Shown: positions 38,838-52,944 of the stretch, piece by piece | How the letters are laid out: each line of letters opens with the position of its first letter | Position numbering within the stretch: the stretch's first letter is position 1 | Assembly: GCF_964204865.1 (NCBI RefSeq) | Contig: NC_135255.1 | Span: 13,516,001 to 13,580,000, forward strand | DNA length: 64,000 nt | Origin: Styela clava | Lineage: Eukaryota | Direction: 5' to 3' | Notes under the pieces: generated by a model | The model's database searches: none | Told to the model about the DNA's origin: nothing | The model's input: only the letters and a program-made list of their open reading frames with translations | Made by a program: the position numbers and the translations under genes

Positions 38838-41800
38838 CCCCAGTTTGAAGAGCCCTGTTCTAGACATTGACAGGGATAAACAAAGAGAAGGATATGGATA
38901 AATATCAAAACCTTATATCGACATAAAAACTATTCTTTGATGTCCTTTCATTTCTAAATCTGGACAAAATGTAAGGAAATCCAAGTTTGATAACAAAATG
39001 CAGACAAAGTCACGCAAATGTATTTATTAAAAAAAGTAATAATATGCCATCAAAAGCATTTTTGCTTGCAGTGAGTGTCCAAGTGAAAAATGGAATACAG
39101 AAAATGGATAAAGCAGTGACGGAAACATAAATACAAAGACGGAAAAAATAAAAACTGCTGAAGATCAAAAAAAATCTTGGATCTTCTAAACTTCCAAATT
39201 TGCAGAAAATGAGATATTCTAGACAAGGATCTTCTCACGAACTCGACAATAATTGAGCATCATTCACAGGAACAAATCGTATGCACAAAACTTTGGTTTA
39301 GGTCGGAAGGAACCATCCAGTTTCTTGACAATATTCTGGTGCAGAATTGATCTTCAAAACACTTTCCATCAATTCGTTATGGTTACACTTAAACTAAGCA
39401 AGTAGTCCTACAATACACCAAGTACTGCATAAAACAAAACAATATTAATTGGCATCTGCGAAGCCCATGAAGGAGCCGAGATGCGAAAATAACAGTTCAT
39501 GTTTGTTGTAGAACGGAACCTACTGCAGTAATAAACAGTACTTACTGCAAGTTGAGGAGACCGGGTACTGCAGAATATGAAAATCGAAGATATACCTGAA
39601 AAAAAATAAGTGGCAAAGATGTGTAGAAAAGATTAATCTTAAGAAAAATTTCCTTTAATATCCTGCTCTATCGAAATGGAAAAGTTTGATTAGAACAAAT
39701 ACAGGCAACCACCCTGCTATATTCTAAGGGCACCCACTTCCAAATACCCTACATTTCTATTTTCTGATGCAAAATATACTGTATATATACAAAAATGTAA
39801 AATATTGAGATGCTTAATATAGTAACAAAGATAACCAATCACTCTCACCTTTTTATTGCAAGAAATTAACTTGAGGAGTTTTGGGCAGAAGACATCCTGC
39901 ATCCATCTGTAACCATGATGAACATCGAATCTTTTCCGGAATAAAATCTTCAGGTTTCGCATATGTTTTCAGAGTGGTGAGATACTGCAGTAACAGAGAA
40001 AACGTATATTAAAACAAACAAATAGTAACGACATTGTGTAGAATGGAAAGGAATATAGAAAGAAGATTAACGAATCAAAAATCCACAATGTCAGTTCTTC
40101 TTGCGGTTTCAACACAAGACATCTTGAGTAATTTCCGAAGCAATCAAAACACCTCCAACAGGCAATGCAAGAGTGATTTCAAATATCTGAAGTTACTATA
40201 AACTTTATCTGCCTCTCTTAACACAATACTCTATCCTGTTGTTCCTAAACTGTTCTGATGAAGAGACTAAATACAAGTCGATATAAATATTTAACCTGAA
40301 ATTTTAGATTGGATGTTTCCTAAATATGCATGTTAATATTCGATATTAGGAAGAAAAAAATCCAGGAGCCCTAAGTCTGCTGAAACTATACTGAAATCAC
40401 ATGAATATGAGTTTCTTATTACTTTAAAATGGGACATTCCTAAAAGAGTGTGAGAAAGAATTTTAAAAGAAAATTTCTTTATTTTTCTTCAGAATGCAAA
40501 ATAATAGGAATGTCCATAGAATTCAGACATGACGAAGCCCGGGTTTCAGGGCTATAACATGCAGAAAACGCAATTTACTGTTTTAAAATATTGTGAATAA
40601 ATTGTACAAATTCAAAAACTTGAAGATTCCAGACTTCAAAGTCAAAACTAAAAGAATGACGAAATTCAAGCAAAGGACTAAATTAACAGGTTAAATGATT
40701 TGGTTTCTGCAGACTAACTACTTAACTTTTATGCTTTTGTGTCGATGAATCCATATGCACTCAATGCAAGGATGCTGTAGTAAGAGTGGAGATAACTATC
40801 CTAGTGATTCAAAAGTCTTGATGCACACTAACACAAATATATTTCTATAACGTTTCGTCTGACATTGAACTTGAAACAATGATGACAGGCTCTCAAATCA
40901 AACTGAAAGACTAGTCTTTCAACCAGCAAGATTATTAAAACTTCTGGTGTATCACTAGCAAAACAAAGCAGTTTTACAATCCAACATCCTGACTCTTGAT
41001 TCATTGAAATGAAAAATTGCATCTGATTTCAGTACTAGTTTAAGAGAATGAACATTTAACTGTGGCGAATACAAGACACATTCAAAAATCTCATTCTATT
41101 AAAGCTGGAAATTTTCTACCTGCATCTTAAGAACATCTGAAATTAAAACTCCCATAATAGCTAGTTCAAATTTCAACTCATAATCTGAAAGTATGAAAAT
41201 ATGACCCACGAAGAACTCTAAAATGAATGCAATCAAAATAAATCGATTTTACGTACATTTGCAAGAAGCCACATGGTCCCAATTTTTGTATGAAATTATC
41301 ACTTTACAAATATAACAACTTTCTAATTGCACTCACCTGTTGCCCAGGAAACAAAGTTTAAAACATTTTACTAGTTAAGAAAAATTTATATTTACATCAG
41401 TCCACAGCTCACGAGAATACGGTACTGCATCCACAGACCGCCGGGACAGATGTATTGCCTAAAATAGGGATTATTTTCAATAAACATAATTGTCACTTTG
41501 TCAATTTCACAAAATCAAAACTTGATACCCGTACCTTTGATATTCTTCCACGAGAGAAAAGTGACGAGACTGATCTAGATCATTTTGTGAAAAAAAAATA
41601 TAGAAATTAATAAGTTGCCTCATGAAACTTTTATAAATCAATTACAAAAAGGATTTAAACATTTAACATCTAAATACTTGGATTTACATACAACTCGTAA
41701 GAAAACATGTTGATTACCATAAAACTTGAATAGCAAATATATCAAATATCATTCAAAAAAGATTATTCAAGATTTACTACATTTTCCATATCATCATGTT

Positions 41801-42876
41801 TTGACACAATGTAGTTGAAGTTATCCTCCATAATATGGAAACGATTGTTGAGTCATCTCCAAAACTGAGAAAATGTCGGCAAGCCCTGGAATATAAAAAT
41901 ATATTCCATAAAATTTGGAATATCCGAGTTAATGTTCCCGAAACCTTGATCTAAAATGCTGATGAAAGTACAGTCGAAATTGAAAAACCAAACGAATATT
42001 ATTTTTCCATTACAAGATAATTTACAAAGACTGTGTATATCAAATACTAATTCTAAATGCCTATGAAGAACGCTAAAGCTAAAATGTTTCTACAATAACA
42101 TTTCCAAATTTGGTATACCCTAATGGTCCCTTGTTTGATTGAAAGATTGTTGTTAAAGAAACCCATAGAATATAAATTCAAAAATTCACCAAATCAAATA
42201 CAAATATTTATAAACTTATTTAAATAGATGTTGCATACTAGTTGGCGCTCCCGAAGTATGTGGACCAAAATAGCAGACACCGGAACGTAGTACGTGTACT
42301 AGGTTAGGGTTAGGCCATATTTTTATGCCAATTTTCCTTATTTTAGTTCTACTACGAGTTCAGGGACTAGGCAAGTGACTCCTATACTATGTACCTGAAA
42401 TTATGGCCTAGCCCTAACCTGGTACACATACTACGCTCAAGTGTTTGCCATTTTGAATCACATACTTCAGGAGTACCTACTAGTTTACCTTCCAACAAAT
42501 CACCATTTATCCACTTACCTCAATAACAGTGGAACATTATATGGCATCAGATCAGTAAGAAAATTATAAGCAGTTGATATGTGTTGCCTTGTATGAAAGC
42601 ATGATAAGTAGATAGACGCAACCTGTAGTTTATAAAATACTAAAATCAATATTATCATGTAAATACTGTCATTATCAAAAATCGATCGGTCTATGCAAAA
42701 TATTTAGTATCCTAAATGAGTTTATTATCATTAAGCAAAAAAGCAAATTCACAAAAATCTTTATTATTCCGAGAATTAGACATAAACATCTATAAAAAAT
42801 AAAAGGATATGAATTTTAATAAACAACTGTACACTTACTATTATTATGTATCATGTTAGAATCTAGTAACCTAGAG

Positions 42877-44035
42877 CAGTGGTTCCCAACCGCCGGTCCG
42901 CGCAGCTTTTTTGCCGGTCCGCGAGAAATTTCGTAGTTTGGTTGTTTTAATGCCGCCTCAATTGCTTTACCGAAGACGAGGTTGCGTTTATTACGCAATT
43001 TCTCTTCCGCCGTCATATTGCCACATCTTGGCGACGTCTTTCGGGACATCTTATCCCCAGGTAATAACACTTCGCTTTTTCGGCTCTGATTCGCCGCGAA
43101 TGCGCGCCATCGAATCTCGCAAGAATCAGAAACCTAAAAATTGGCACGTGTGTTTTTCTGTTCTTCATGCTTTGCCCGATTAATATGACTATCCATATAA
43201 AACTTTATGCATATTTCTTTGTTTAAACAAAAATACAGTCAAGAACAGTATAATATTCTAGTAAGATATGAAGTTGTTGCGACCCTGCAGGTGGTCACGA
43301 CTCCCGAGACGCGCAAAAAAGCATGGACCGCAGAGATCCATGTATTTTAGGCAGGCACAGTAGGATTTTGGGCCAAGTTACCGACGACTTTGTCATTTTG
43401 TTGTAAATTCATTTTGTTTGAGACGTCAAGCAACTGCAGTGGGATTAATATGATAAACTCGAAAAAGAAAAAACCTCGATTAAAATTGTGATTATACTTT
43501 ACAGTTCAGATTTAAAAAAGTATCACTGTCACAATTTTGGATATCTCTTGATAACGAATACCCATCGCTAAGTAATCGAGCAATCAAACTGTTGTCCGTA
43601 TTTTCAACCAGTTACTTATGCGTTAAAACATTTTCATTATTAGCTTTAATTAAATCGAAGCAGAGAAATCGGCCACACGCCGCTGCATAGCTACGTGATG
43701 CAGAAACTTCTTTGAGGCCTCGTTTACAATCCTATATTTTTCATGTGAGATTTTTTTATGCTGCATTTCATATGCGTAATGAGTGTCCAGCACTGCATTT
43801 CATTACGCAAATATATGGTATTATTTCGTTTCACTCATTTCAATTTTTGGCCGTCACATTATTCGATATTTTTTTTTTCGTGTGACATGTTTTTGGGTGT
43901 GCCTTTTATGTCTAGGAGCATATTGAGTGCCCTACACTGCATTATTTTACGCAAATATATGTTATTCTTTTATGTTCCAGTCATTTCAATTTTAATTTTA
44001 CCGGTCCGCCAGGGTAGAAAGGTTGAGAACCACTG
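42877..44035 (+). mobile_element. hAT (Charlie/Buster-like) deletion derivative with C-terminal dimerisation-domain remnant
   Basis: TIR cagtggttcccaacc / ggttgagaaccactg; perfect TSD acctagag; FWISLDNEYPSLSNRAIKLLSVFSTSYLCVKTFS..IKSKQRNR at about 43510-43730. Confidence 0.93.
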
Positions 44036-47000
44036 ACCTAGAGTACATCATCGCCAATAAGTTCACATTATATTTCTACCTGATTATGAAATGTGTAGTC
44101 AGAAAATCTGGCATCAGAGCTGAGCAATTCATCAATGGCTAATTCTGGAGAACAAGTTGTTATGCATCGGCGAATAACTGCGGTAAAATTCTTTAGCCAT
44201 ATTTGACGCGTTTTTACAGTTATTGTTGTTGGTTCGACTAGTTTTGAGGCAAGATGCTGACGATATAGAAGATATCTGTAAAGAAAATTTGATATAAAAA
44301 ATGGAATCGGGATATTTTTTATTCTAAATGAGAGATGCTTTGACCATTTATGTAGTAGTAGTACTTACATATTTATCCTGGAGGAGAGAAAAGAATGGGA
44401 ATGGACGATGAGCACAACGCCACTGGATATCATCAAGATGTCAAAGGTGACGTGCCAATTGAAATTTTAAGAAGTCGCTTAGACAATTTTTAATTCAAGA
44501 TTCTCAGGCATGGTTGGAAACATTATCTAGCAATTGATTAGTTTTTTCGTTGTCTCCAAACCTTGGGTACAAATTAAACAACTGAATGATTATTTTGTCT
44601 TCCTAAAAGTTTTAAATTCAGTTAAGAGGATCAAAAATGGGTCCTGAGAAGAGAAACTAAAATTAGCTATCAATACTTTTGAATTTTACAATGATGGTAT
44701 CAAGAAGTATCCAAATAAGTATTTCGAGGAAAATGAATTATTTGAATATACTTTTTTTTATTATTAAAAAAATTTGCGAATCTGATTATAAAGTCCCACC
44801 TTAGCCATATTTGTCTTCTATCATTTTCATCACCCACATCCACAATTGCCTTTTCATAATAATCCAGAATAACGTTGACAGATTCGCTGGATAAATCGAG
44901 AATTACACTGAAAAGAACATGATACACCATAAAGCATTGTTCAAAAATGAATAGAATCCAAATAGGAATTCCATTACGATTGGCGTAATCACAAACATTG
45001 ATTGAGTGGCACATCAGGATATTTCTGGATCTACAGGGTGTCCATAAAGTCCCTTTATGATTTCAATTTTGTTACGAAGTCAGGTCTAAATATATCTCAA
45101 CCAGGTTTGTTGCTTTTTAATCAGTGAATTCAAAAGTATTTTTACTTCATCGATCTCGATAAGTATGTTGATAGGTATTTGTTTGTTTGTTTGTCTGTCA
45201 TACACTTTCGTATGTTACGCGATATCTCACGAAAGCAAGGTTGAATCTACTCCAAATTTTGCATGTGCATTCAATATATATTGAATCAGAAGCCTATTGC
45301 TTTTGGATGAATTATGTCGTATAATTAGCGAGTTATTAATTATTTAGTGATGGAACATGCGGTGTTGTTATTGAGTCAGAGCGAAGGAATCGAAACCGCA
45401 GATCGATAAGTCGACGGTCTCCGATCGCTAGCTAGTTTAATACATCTGTCAGGGCCTAAACAATATATGACATCGATAAATACCATTTGCAATATTAAAA
45501 AAAAATGAGTCACCCTATATTATCTTAACACTCATAATCTCAACAGCCTTGATCTATTTCACTTACATGTAAATCATCCATAAATACGCTTTGTTCTTCC
45601 CAACAATTTTCCAACTAATTTCCGGTAAAAGAGAAAGATGTTTGTCAGTTAATGAATCCGATAATCTCAATAAGTAGTGAAATAATTTCTTCAATTCTGA
45701 TAAATTAATCACATCTATATCTGAAAATGAAACTAAAATGAAACAAAAATTGAAGAACTAATTTTATTGTTTAACTCATGTCCTCACAGATAGCGGGGTA
45801 GGCAATGGCAAAGCCTGGTTAATTATATCAGAATCAAAAATTGGTAGTTAAGTGTAGTACTCACTACTATTGAGGGTAAATACCACTCATTACATCATGT
45901 AATTGTAATCCAGCTCTTTAGGAATATTTTATGCTCAGTATCTACTTGATGGTACTCATTTCATTTCATATTTGCGATTTCCTCACTCAGCTTTTTGCAA
46001 TTTAGTTGTTGCCTAAAACTTGATTCAAAAATCAGTCACTTTCACTTCTAAGTGAGTGACAATGAACAACGTATAATATAGGTATGACCTCCTTCGCTCT
46101 TAGTTTCATCAATATCATTTAGTATGTTTATTGATTGATAGATCAGGAATTGGACATAATATAACAATTATATTACACACGATGAATCTTAATTTGATGA
46201 AAACTACAAAACTTTTACCTATTTTCAAATAGGCTGAAGCACAAGTTTCAAAATACAGAAGTGCAGCATCAATGTCCGATGATTCTTGATTCAATTGAAA
46301 CAAAGCTGCTTCATAACAAAGTTTTGCATCATATGGATTTTCTGTCACAGCTTCTTCAAAGACCTTTAAAAAAGTAATATTAAATAGATAACAATTCTTT
46401 TTGCCTGTTTGTTTATCCATGACTGTTATAATATCCCATTAAAAACATTCATCAATAAATATGTATTCACAAATAAATAATATTACAATGCAAACCTTAA
46501 TAAGGATTATTTTGTCAAGATTAGAATATTCAACTTGAAAACTTTCATGTAGCCTAGTCAAAATCATATTACATTACTCTTACGTATCTAATATATTAAA
46601 TTTCCTGATTTGAATACTATCACAAGAAAAATATTTTCTTTTCTTATACTTTTCAAAAAAAAAAAAAGTTTGATAATTCAGTCAGTGCCTTGTTTTCATG
46701 GTTCAGTTGTAGTTACAAAAAAACATGATAAATAACTACTTTCAAGTCGAAAAATATTATTCAAACACACCGACGATTGTTTTTGATCCTTCATTATTTC
46801 CTCGCACGAAAAGGTCAAAACTTCTATTCACAAGTCACAACAATACCAAAAGTGCAGAAATTTCATAGCAAAATAGCATGGGAAACAAGTTTTTTGTAAT
46901 TTCCCATGACAACCCAAAACATTCCACAACAATTTTCATACACTTTCCCAAGACAATTCAAAACACTCAACAAAAATAGCATTTTTAGTCGTTGGAATTT

Positions 47001-47261
47001 TGTGGTTGAAAACAACACAGCATCTAAAAACGAAAGCATCATCCCAATATAAATACTTGCTACAGTACGTTGCTTAATGTAGTAGGTTAGAAAGCATAGA
47101 TGTATTTGCCTCTGTTTATAAATTACAGATTGTAAGATGTAAGTGGAATTGCAAGTGGATTAATCGAAGCCATATACGTATGCATTCAATTCACTATAAA
47201 CTAGCTGTATTGACTGCATTTGGGTTATAATGCTAATGTTAGCTTCAAACAGGCATTAAAT

Positions 47262-48882
47262 ATGAGTAAGAATATACTATATTGTATGTTTTTGAGCATT
47301 CAATTGCTCGTCAATCAAGTATATTGCAATCAAAGAATTTGCATGCAAATTGAAAATGTCAATGCAGAAGAAACGTACCCGATTCCACCACAACAAAGCT
47401 CACAGGGTGTTCCGGGCAAACGTGGACCTCCTGGTGAAATTGGCCCGAAAGGGCCACAGGGGCCAAGAGGCCCAAAAGGAATTGTTGATTATGAAAGAAT
47501 TAATGCAGCAATAGCATCAGGTAATTTAAATTAATATTTATTTGCTATTGGCCGTAAGCATCAGTGACGCTTGTACAAAGCCTTGTTTCGAGTGGAAAAT
47601 CTTGCAAAAATTACAGATTTCCCTTTTTACAGTTTACTTCTTATTGTAAATATATATATATGCTTTACATCTTTTTAATTGATGATATGAAGACTTTCCG
47701 TATAAATGGACTTGGTATATACAAACTTAATAATGGGGTTTTGGCAGAACATCTAAGTATGTTGTGTTGCAAACTTTATTCACTCATTCATTGAAAAATT
47801 TAAAAAAATAGTGTATCACTAATTTCAATGTTTTTAAAAAATTTAGTTTGTTTGATTTGTACTATTAGTTCAGCGACCCATTTATATATAACTTATTGCA
47901 GCAATAAATGATCTGCGGACAGAAACGGAAGAGAAGATGAATAAAACCATGAATGATCTTCAGCAGAGAATGGGTAATATTTACTAAACTATCAATTATG
48001 TAAAACTGTTTTGTTAACATTACATGATGAATTTTTTGTCAAAGAGTTTTGAAACATGAAATTAAAAGCCAACTAGAAACATAAAAATTGTTTGGCAAAC
48101 ATGATTTAGAATCTAGAATCCCCAATAAACAGAACTAAATATATTTTTCTTTTTCTAAATATAATAGTCAACTGCGAAGTCTTTTACAAGAATAATTGTT
48201 ATCGGATGGAACTTCGCAAAACCACAATGAATTTTGACCAAGCAACACAAGCATGTAGAGATATTGGTATGAATATTGGACACATTCAAGATGAAACACA
48301 TTACCAGAAAATAGCAGAGTTAGTCAGATCAAAATCAACATCATCTCTTACAGGATACTGGACAGGACTATTGTACAAAAACTCAGTGAGTATTTAAATT
48401 TGATTCATAATGAAGATGTTCAACTACAAATTCTTACGCTCGCCACAGCACCTCTGATTACCCTGCGTGGGTTCGCTGGTTTGGATCCTGTGTGGGTTAA
48501 TTATGTACAAGATGAATGCAGAACTTCTAGCTTTCATAAGGTGGTTCACATAACCTGTGGTCAGTTACAGCTTCCTTCACCGTCATGTCTATTCATCAGA
48601 GAACTGGCCAACTAACCCCATACCCAACATGATTATTAAGCCGCCTTGATAAATATGTAAATCCTATCCTATCTATTTCAGCAACTTGTGACACTTTCTG
48701 GAAATCCATCACCGTTCACTAAATGGTATCCAACTTTGCCACTTTCACCCGTTAGTGGCAATAATTACAGAAATGTGTACATTTATGTCAGGAAAGATAC
48801 AGGAAGTGTAAACCACGGCATGCATAACAACAATCCAACAGCCACACAACCTGGAGTGTTATGTCAAATCAAGTATACTTAA
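47262..48882 (+). CDS. Collectin copy 4, 249 aa; exons 47262-47520, 47902-47973, 48168-48385, 48682-48882
   Basis: Same structure; exon 4 has a 9-nt in-frame insertion in the long loop (WYPTLPLSPVSGNNYRNV). Confidence 0.92.
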
Positions 48883-50078
48883 GATCATATTAACAAGCAT
48901 TGTCTACAGATTTCTTATTTGTTAACTTCTCCGGTCACACAATACTACAATGCTAGTTATATTGTCAATATTCAAATTACATAAATGATATGGTGCACCT
49001 GATTACAGAATTCCATTTTTTATTATTATTTTATGATTTGATTATTATCTTGCTTGATATCAATCACATATCAAGTGAATATGGTCAAAATTAATATTGT
49101 GTTTTTTTGGTACTGGCAACAAATTTATAAATAATACAAAATTAAAAAAGTATGGTCGGAATAAAAGATAGAAACGGGAGAAGCATATTTGATTTTAAAG
49201 TAGTAGTTTTGCAGAAAACATCAAATTTTCATTTCACGGCAGTCGAAGGATTAATTGACTAATTAATTGATTAATTCCAATAATATACCTGTGTGGCAGA
49301 TAAGCTGTCGCCCTTCTTCACCAAAACATCTGCCCATGTTATAGAAATACCAGTCACTCCCTTTTTGATCTGGGTTATCGTTTCCTCATTTATTGACAGT
49401 TTTTGTATCGCTTTAGTCATATTTTAAAAAAAAAACTGTAAAACCAAGAAACTCATTCAAACTCATTGAAAACTCATTCAAACTTTTCCTCTTATTTCTA
49501 GAATCTTATTATTTTCAGGAACAAATTATTGAAGTTACAAAATATCTGACATTACATTTTAATGAATATGGAATAAAAATTTACATTTAGTTTTGAATTT
49601 GCGATTTTCTTTAGAATAGAAAGACATAAATCAGAATGATATGTTTTACTTTTTAATGTATATATACTATGTAAATAAAATCATTCAGTTAATCAGTTGT
49701 TTTATTCGTCGATATTGGGCTGATTGGCCATTGTGAAGAAACCAAATACAACGAAGATCACATCATGGGCGAAATGCAACATAGAATTCAATGATAGAAA
49801 TGAACGGGTTATAAAGTACTGGTTAGGATGACAATCAATAGAAGTAAAAACGAGAATTCCCAATTCTTACTTGCAACTATTAGCAGCGTTGTCCCATTTT
49901 TGCTGAGATATTTCCAATCGCAATCTTTCCCGAAGTAACTGAAGAGCTGATAATGGATCTTCAGTTGATGAAGAATCCTTGATAGCAACTGAATCAAACA
50001 TATAGTAAAATTAAGAACAACTTTGAAAAATCAAAAAATACATAGACAGAACTGCCCAAATGAGCGAAGCCATTAAAG

Positions 50079-51600
50079 CAGGGATGGCCAATACCGAATA
50101 GTTCACTATTTCGAATACATTCGAAATTATTTTTTTCGAATATGAAATTTCGAATACTTCGAAAATAAAATCCACTAATTGAAGCTTATCTAAATGTATG
50201 TAGGAATTTCCATACAATAAGCAATGGAATAACTGCTATCTACAAGTTACAACCTGGCTATATTACCAGACATTTCATATTTGCAGATTATTGCAGTATA
50301 TATTTTATATACCATGAGTCATGTTAACAGAATTAAATTAATCTGGCAATAGTGGTATCGATGATGGATTTGAATATTTGCGCAACACAAAATCATCTTA
50401 GTAAAACGCCCATGCTTTTAAATACCAACCATTATCCAAATTATTTGCCAAAAAGCGGGATAAAGTATGAGCTATTTTTCCGACTTGTGACAATTTTTTC
50501 GTCGGTACAAAAATATGAATCAAAAATTAATTATATTCGGGAACTTTACCACACATTTTAAGTCCGCAGATCGCCGTTGTATGTTTGAGTAATAATACTT
50601 TTATTATTTTATAAATATGAAAATAGAAATCAAAAACTATTTATAATCGCGTAGTTTACCACATATTCTAAGTCCACAGATCGCAATTGTATTTTGTAAA
50701 TACGAAAATAGGAATCAAAAATTAAAATTAATCGCGAGTTTGCCACACAATTTATGTCCACAGATTGCCATGATATTGTGCCGAATACAATTAGTTTTTG
50801 ATTCTTATTTTCGTACTCACGAAAAATTGTCATAAGTCGGAAAAAGAATTTATACTTTTTCCCGCTCTTGGGAACTAATTTGGATAATGGTTGCCATTGG
50901 TTTGTATTTAAAAGTATGGACATTTTACCAGGATGATTTTGTGCTGCGCAAAATATTCGAATCCATGACCGATACCACTATTTAAAATGGGTTACCGTGT
51001 TAATTTAATTCTATTATCATAACTCGAATGTTGGTAAATCGGGCAGTTTACCACACATTTTAAGGCCACAGTTCGCCGTTGCATTTTAGAATTATAATAG
51101 TTTTATTATTTTGTAAATACCAATCCGAAATTAATTATAATTGGGCAGTTTACCACATATTTCATGTCCACAAATACCCGTGGTATTTGGTATTTATACT
51201 TTCATTTCAGTTGTTTAGTTATGCTTATATGCGCTAATAATTTTATATGTTTAGAACCAGATCATGTTAGTTTGGTAGAATCATACCCACAGAGTTGACT
51301 ATTTTTAACAATTGAGCGATAAATTTAAGTTGTGAAGCGATAAATTTAAGTTGTGAAGCGGCAATCATTTTGGACAACCTATTAACCCGAATGTTGAAAT
51401 AAAAATAATTTTAGAATGTGATAAGTACTACACTGTACGTCCAAGGGTTATTTCACAGCAGCGTTTTTCTGTCCCTGTCGTGTTCTGCTGAATCGGCAAA
51501 ACGGAAGGGTCACAAATCACTTTATCTCATTGGCCGTGTTTCTCTTTAAAGTAACGATAACCGACCTGCGATTAAATATCATGATTGGCAGACCCTAAGA
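50079..51600. mobile_element. Left part of a hAT-like element (cagggatggccaa) containing a foldback segment 50349-50981
   Basis: Matching right ends ttggccatccctg remain at 3838-3850 and about 23843-23855. About 185-bp inverted arms surround tttaccaca.att..a.gtccacagat repeats. Right boundary approximate. Confidence 0.55.
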
Positions 51601-52944
51601 CCCAAAAATAAGGTTATGAAAATCATGTTTGAGAACGCTCATGCGAATAATAAGCAGGCCACATAGAAATAAAATAAACATACTTTCTCAATTAGACGCC
51701 CCCCCTAAAAAAAATGAAATCAGGCCGACAAATTGGGCCTAAAAAAGCGACTTATTAGCCGGGAAATACGGTAATTGTCATTTTTTCGACGTAATGTAAA
51801 TTAATTTGTAAATGTTGGCAATGTCCACCCACGCAAACACTATGCGACGTACGGTCGCACAGAATATAAACAATCAAAGTGCCGATTCTATTTCATCGTC
51901 GTTACAATACGTGAGACAGCGTAAAAAGATGATTAAGATCAGTCGACGTCAAACATCTAGGGCAAAAAGCACTTTAACTAGGTTTCATTCACGATGACGA
52001 TGACAGATCTAGATTAACATTCTAAGTTATCGAGTAAAATCTTGTCTGATATTATGCAGAAAATTTGAAATTTGAAAAAATTTCTTTTGAAATATTTTGC
52101 TCTCGGTCACGAATTATACATATGATCGCTATACTATTTCTCATTGTTGTTATTCTTGTTGACATTATTTGGAAAAAATGGCCAGTACTGCTTGATTTCT
52201 CATTTTTAGTACTTAGATAGAAAAAGTTGCAAATTTGCTATTGCTTTTATTTTATTTCTCAAATTTTTCTAGGAGACAATTATATTTACGAAAAAATTTT
52301 AGGGCTTTAATTAAAGGGGACACTTTTTTATTTCATCACACTGGTCTTTTTTGTCATAATTGGTGCTATGAGGTCTTAAAATCCTGGTACCGATACCGAA
52401 CCTTTGATGCACAGAGGGTCATATAGAAATGGTTATCTGGCCAGATTGGTTCAACAGTTATTGTTAATATATGCCTTCAACATTGGAGCATTATTAAACA
52501 TCGTTAGTCAAATGAACTTAACTTATTGAGACAATGTAACTATTTATTACGAAATTCGAATGATAAGAAATATACTTGAAAATGATTATTTTGATCAAAA
52601 AAATAATTCTTACTTTCAACAATGGTAAAATCTTTAAAAATTTGGCGATTATAATAATTGAAGTTGAGTTCGTTGCAACACTGTTTGCAAAAGCTATCTT
52701 GAAGTAACATCTGGTGATAAACCATTTACAGAGATCCCACCTTATAAAGAGAAAGAATATTGATAACAAACAACAATAAAATTTAGGAAAAAGTCCCAGA
52801 GTCAAAAACAAAGTAACAAAAACTGAAAAATTTTGAAATCACCTTCAACATTTTTCAGCAAGTTTAAGAGGAGTTGGTCGTATAGAAATTCCCTTTTTAC
52901 GTTTAAATCTCATGACAAAAGCTGTAAAGCAAGAAGTCAAACAA

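Larger units (their letters stand above)
41396..49988 (-). pseudogene. ZFC3H1: ZFC3H1-like 3' exon block, copy gamma; exons 49871-49988, 49289-49435, 46219-46363, 45567-45720, 44800-44907, 44080-44275, 42519-42622, 41781-41885, 41535-41574, 41396-41458
   Basis: Same exons as beta. The second exon is 147 nt instead of 148 (1-nt loss at or next to an A10 run, 49421-49435), giving a frameshift that may be a sequencing error. Confidence 0.75.
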
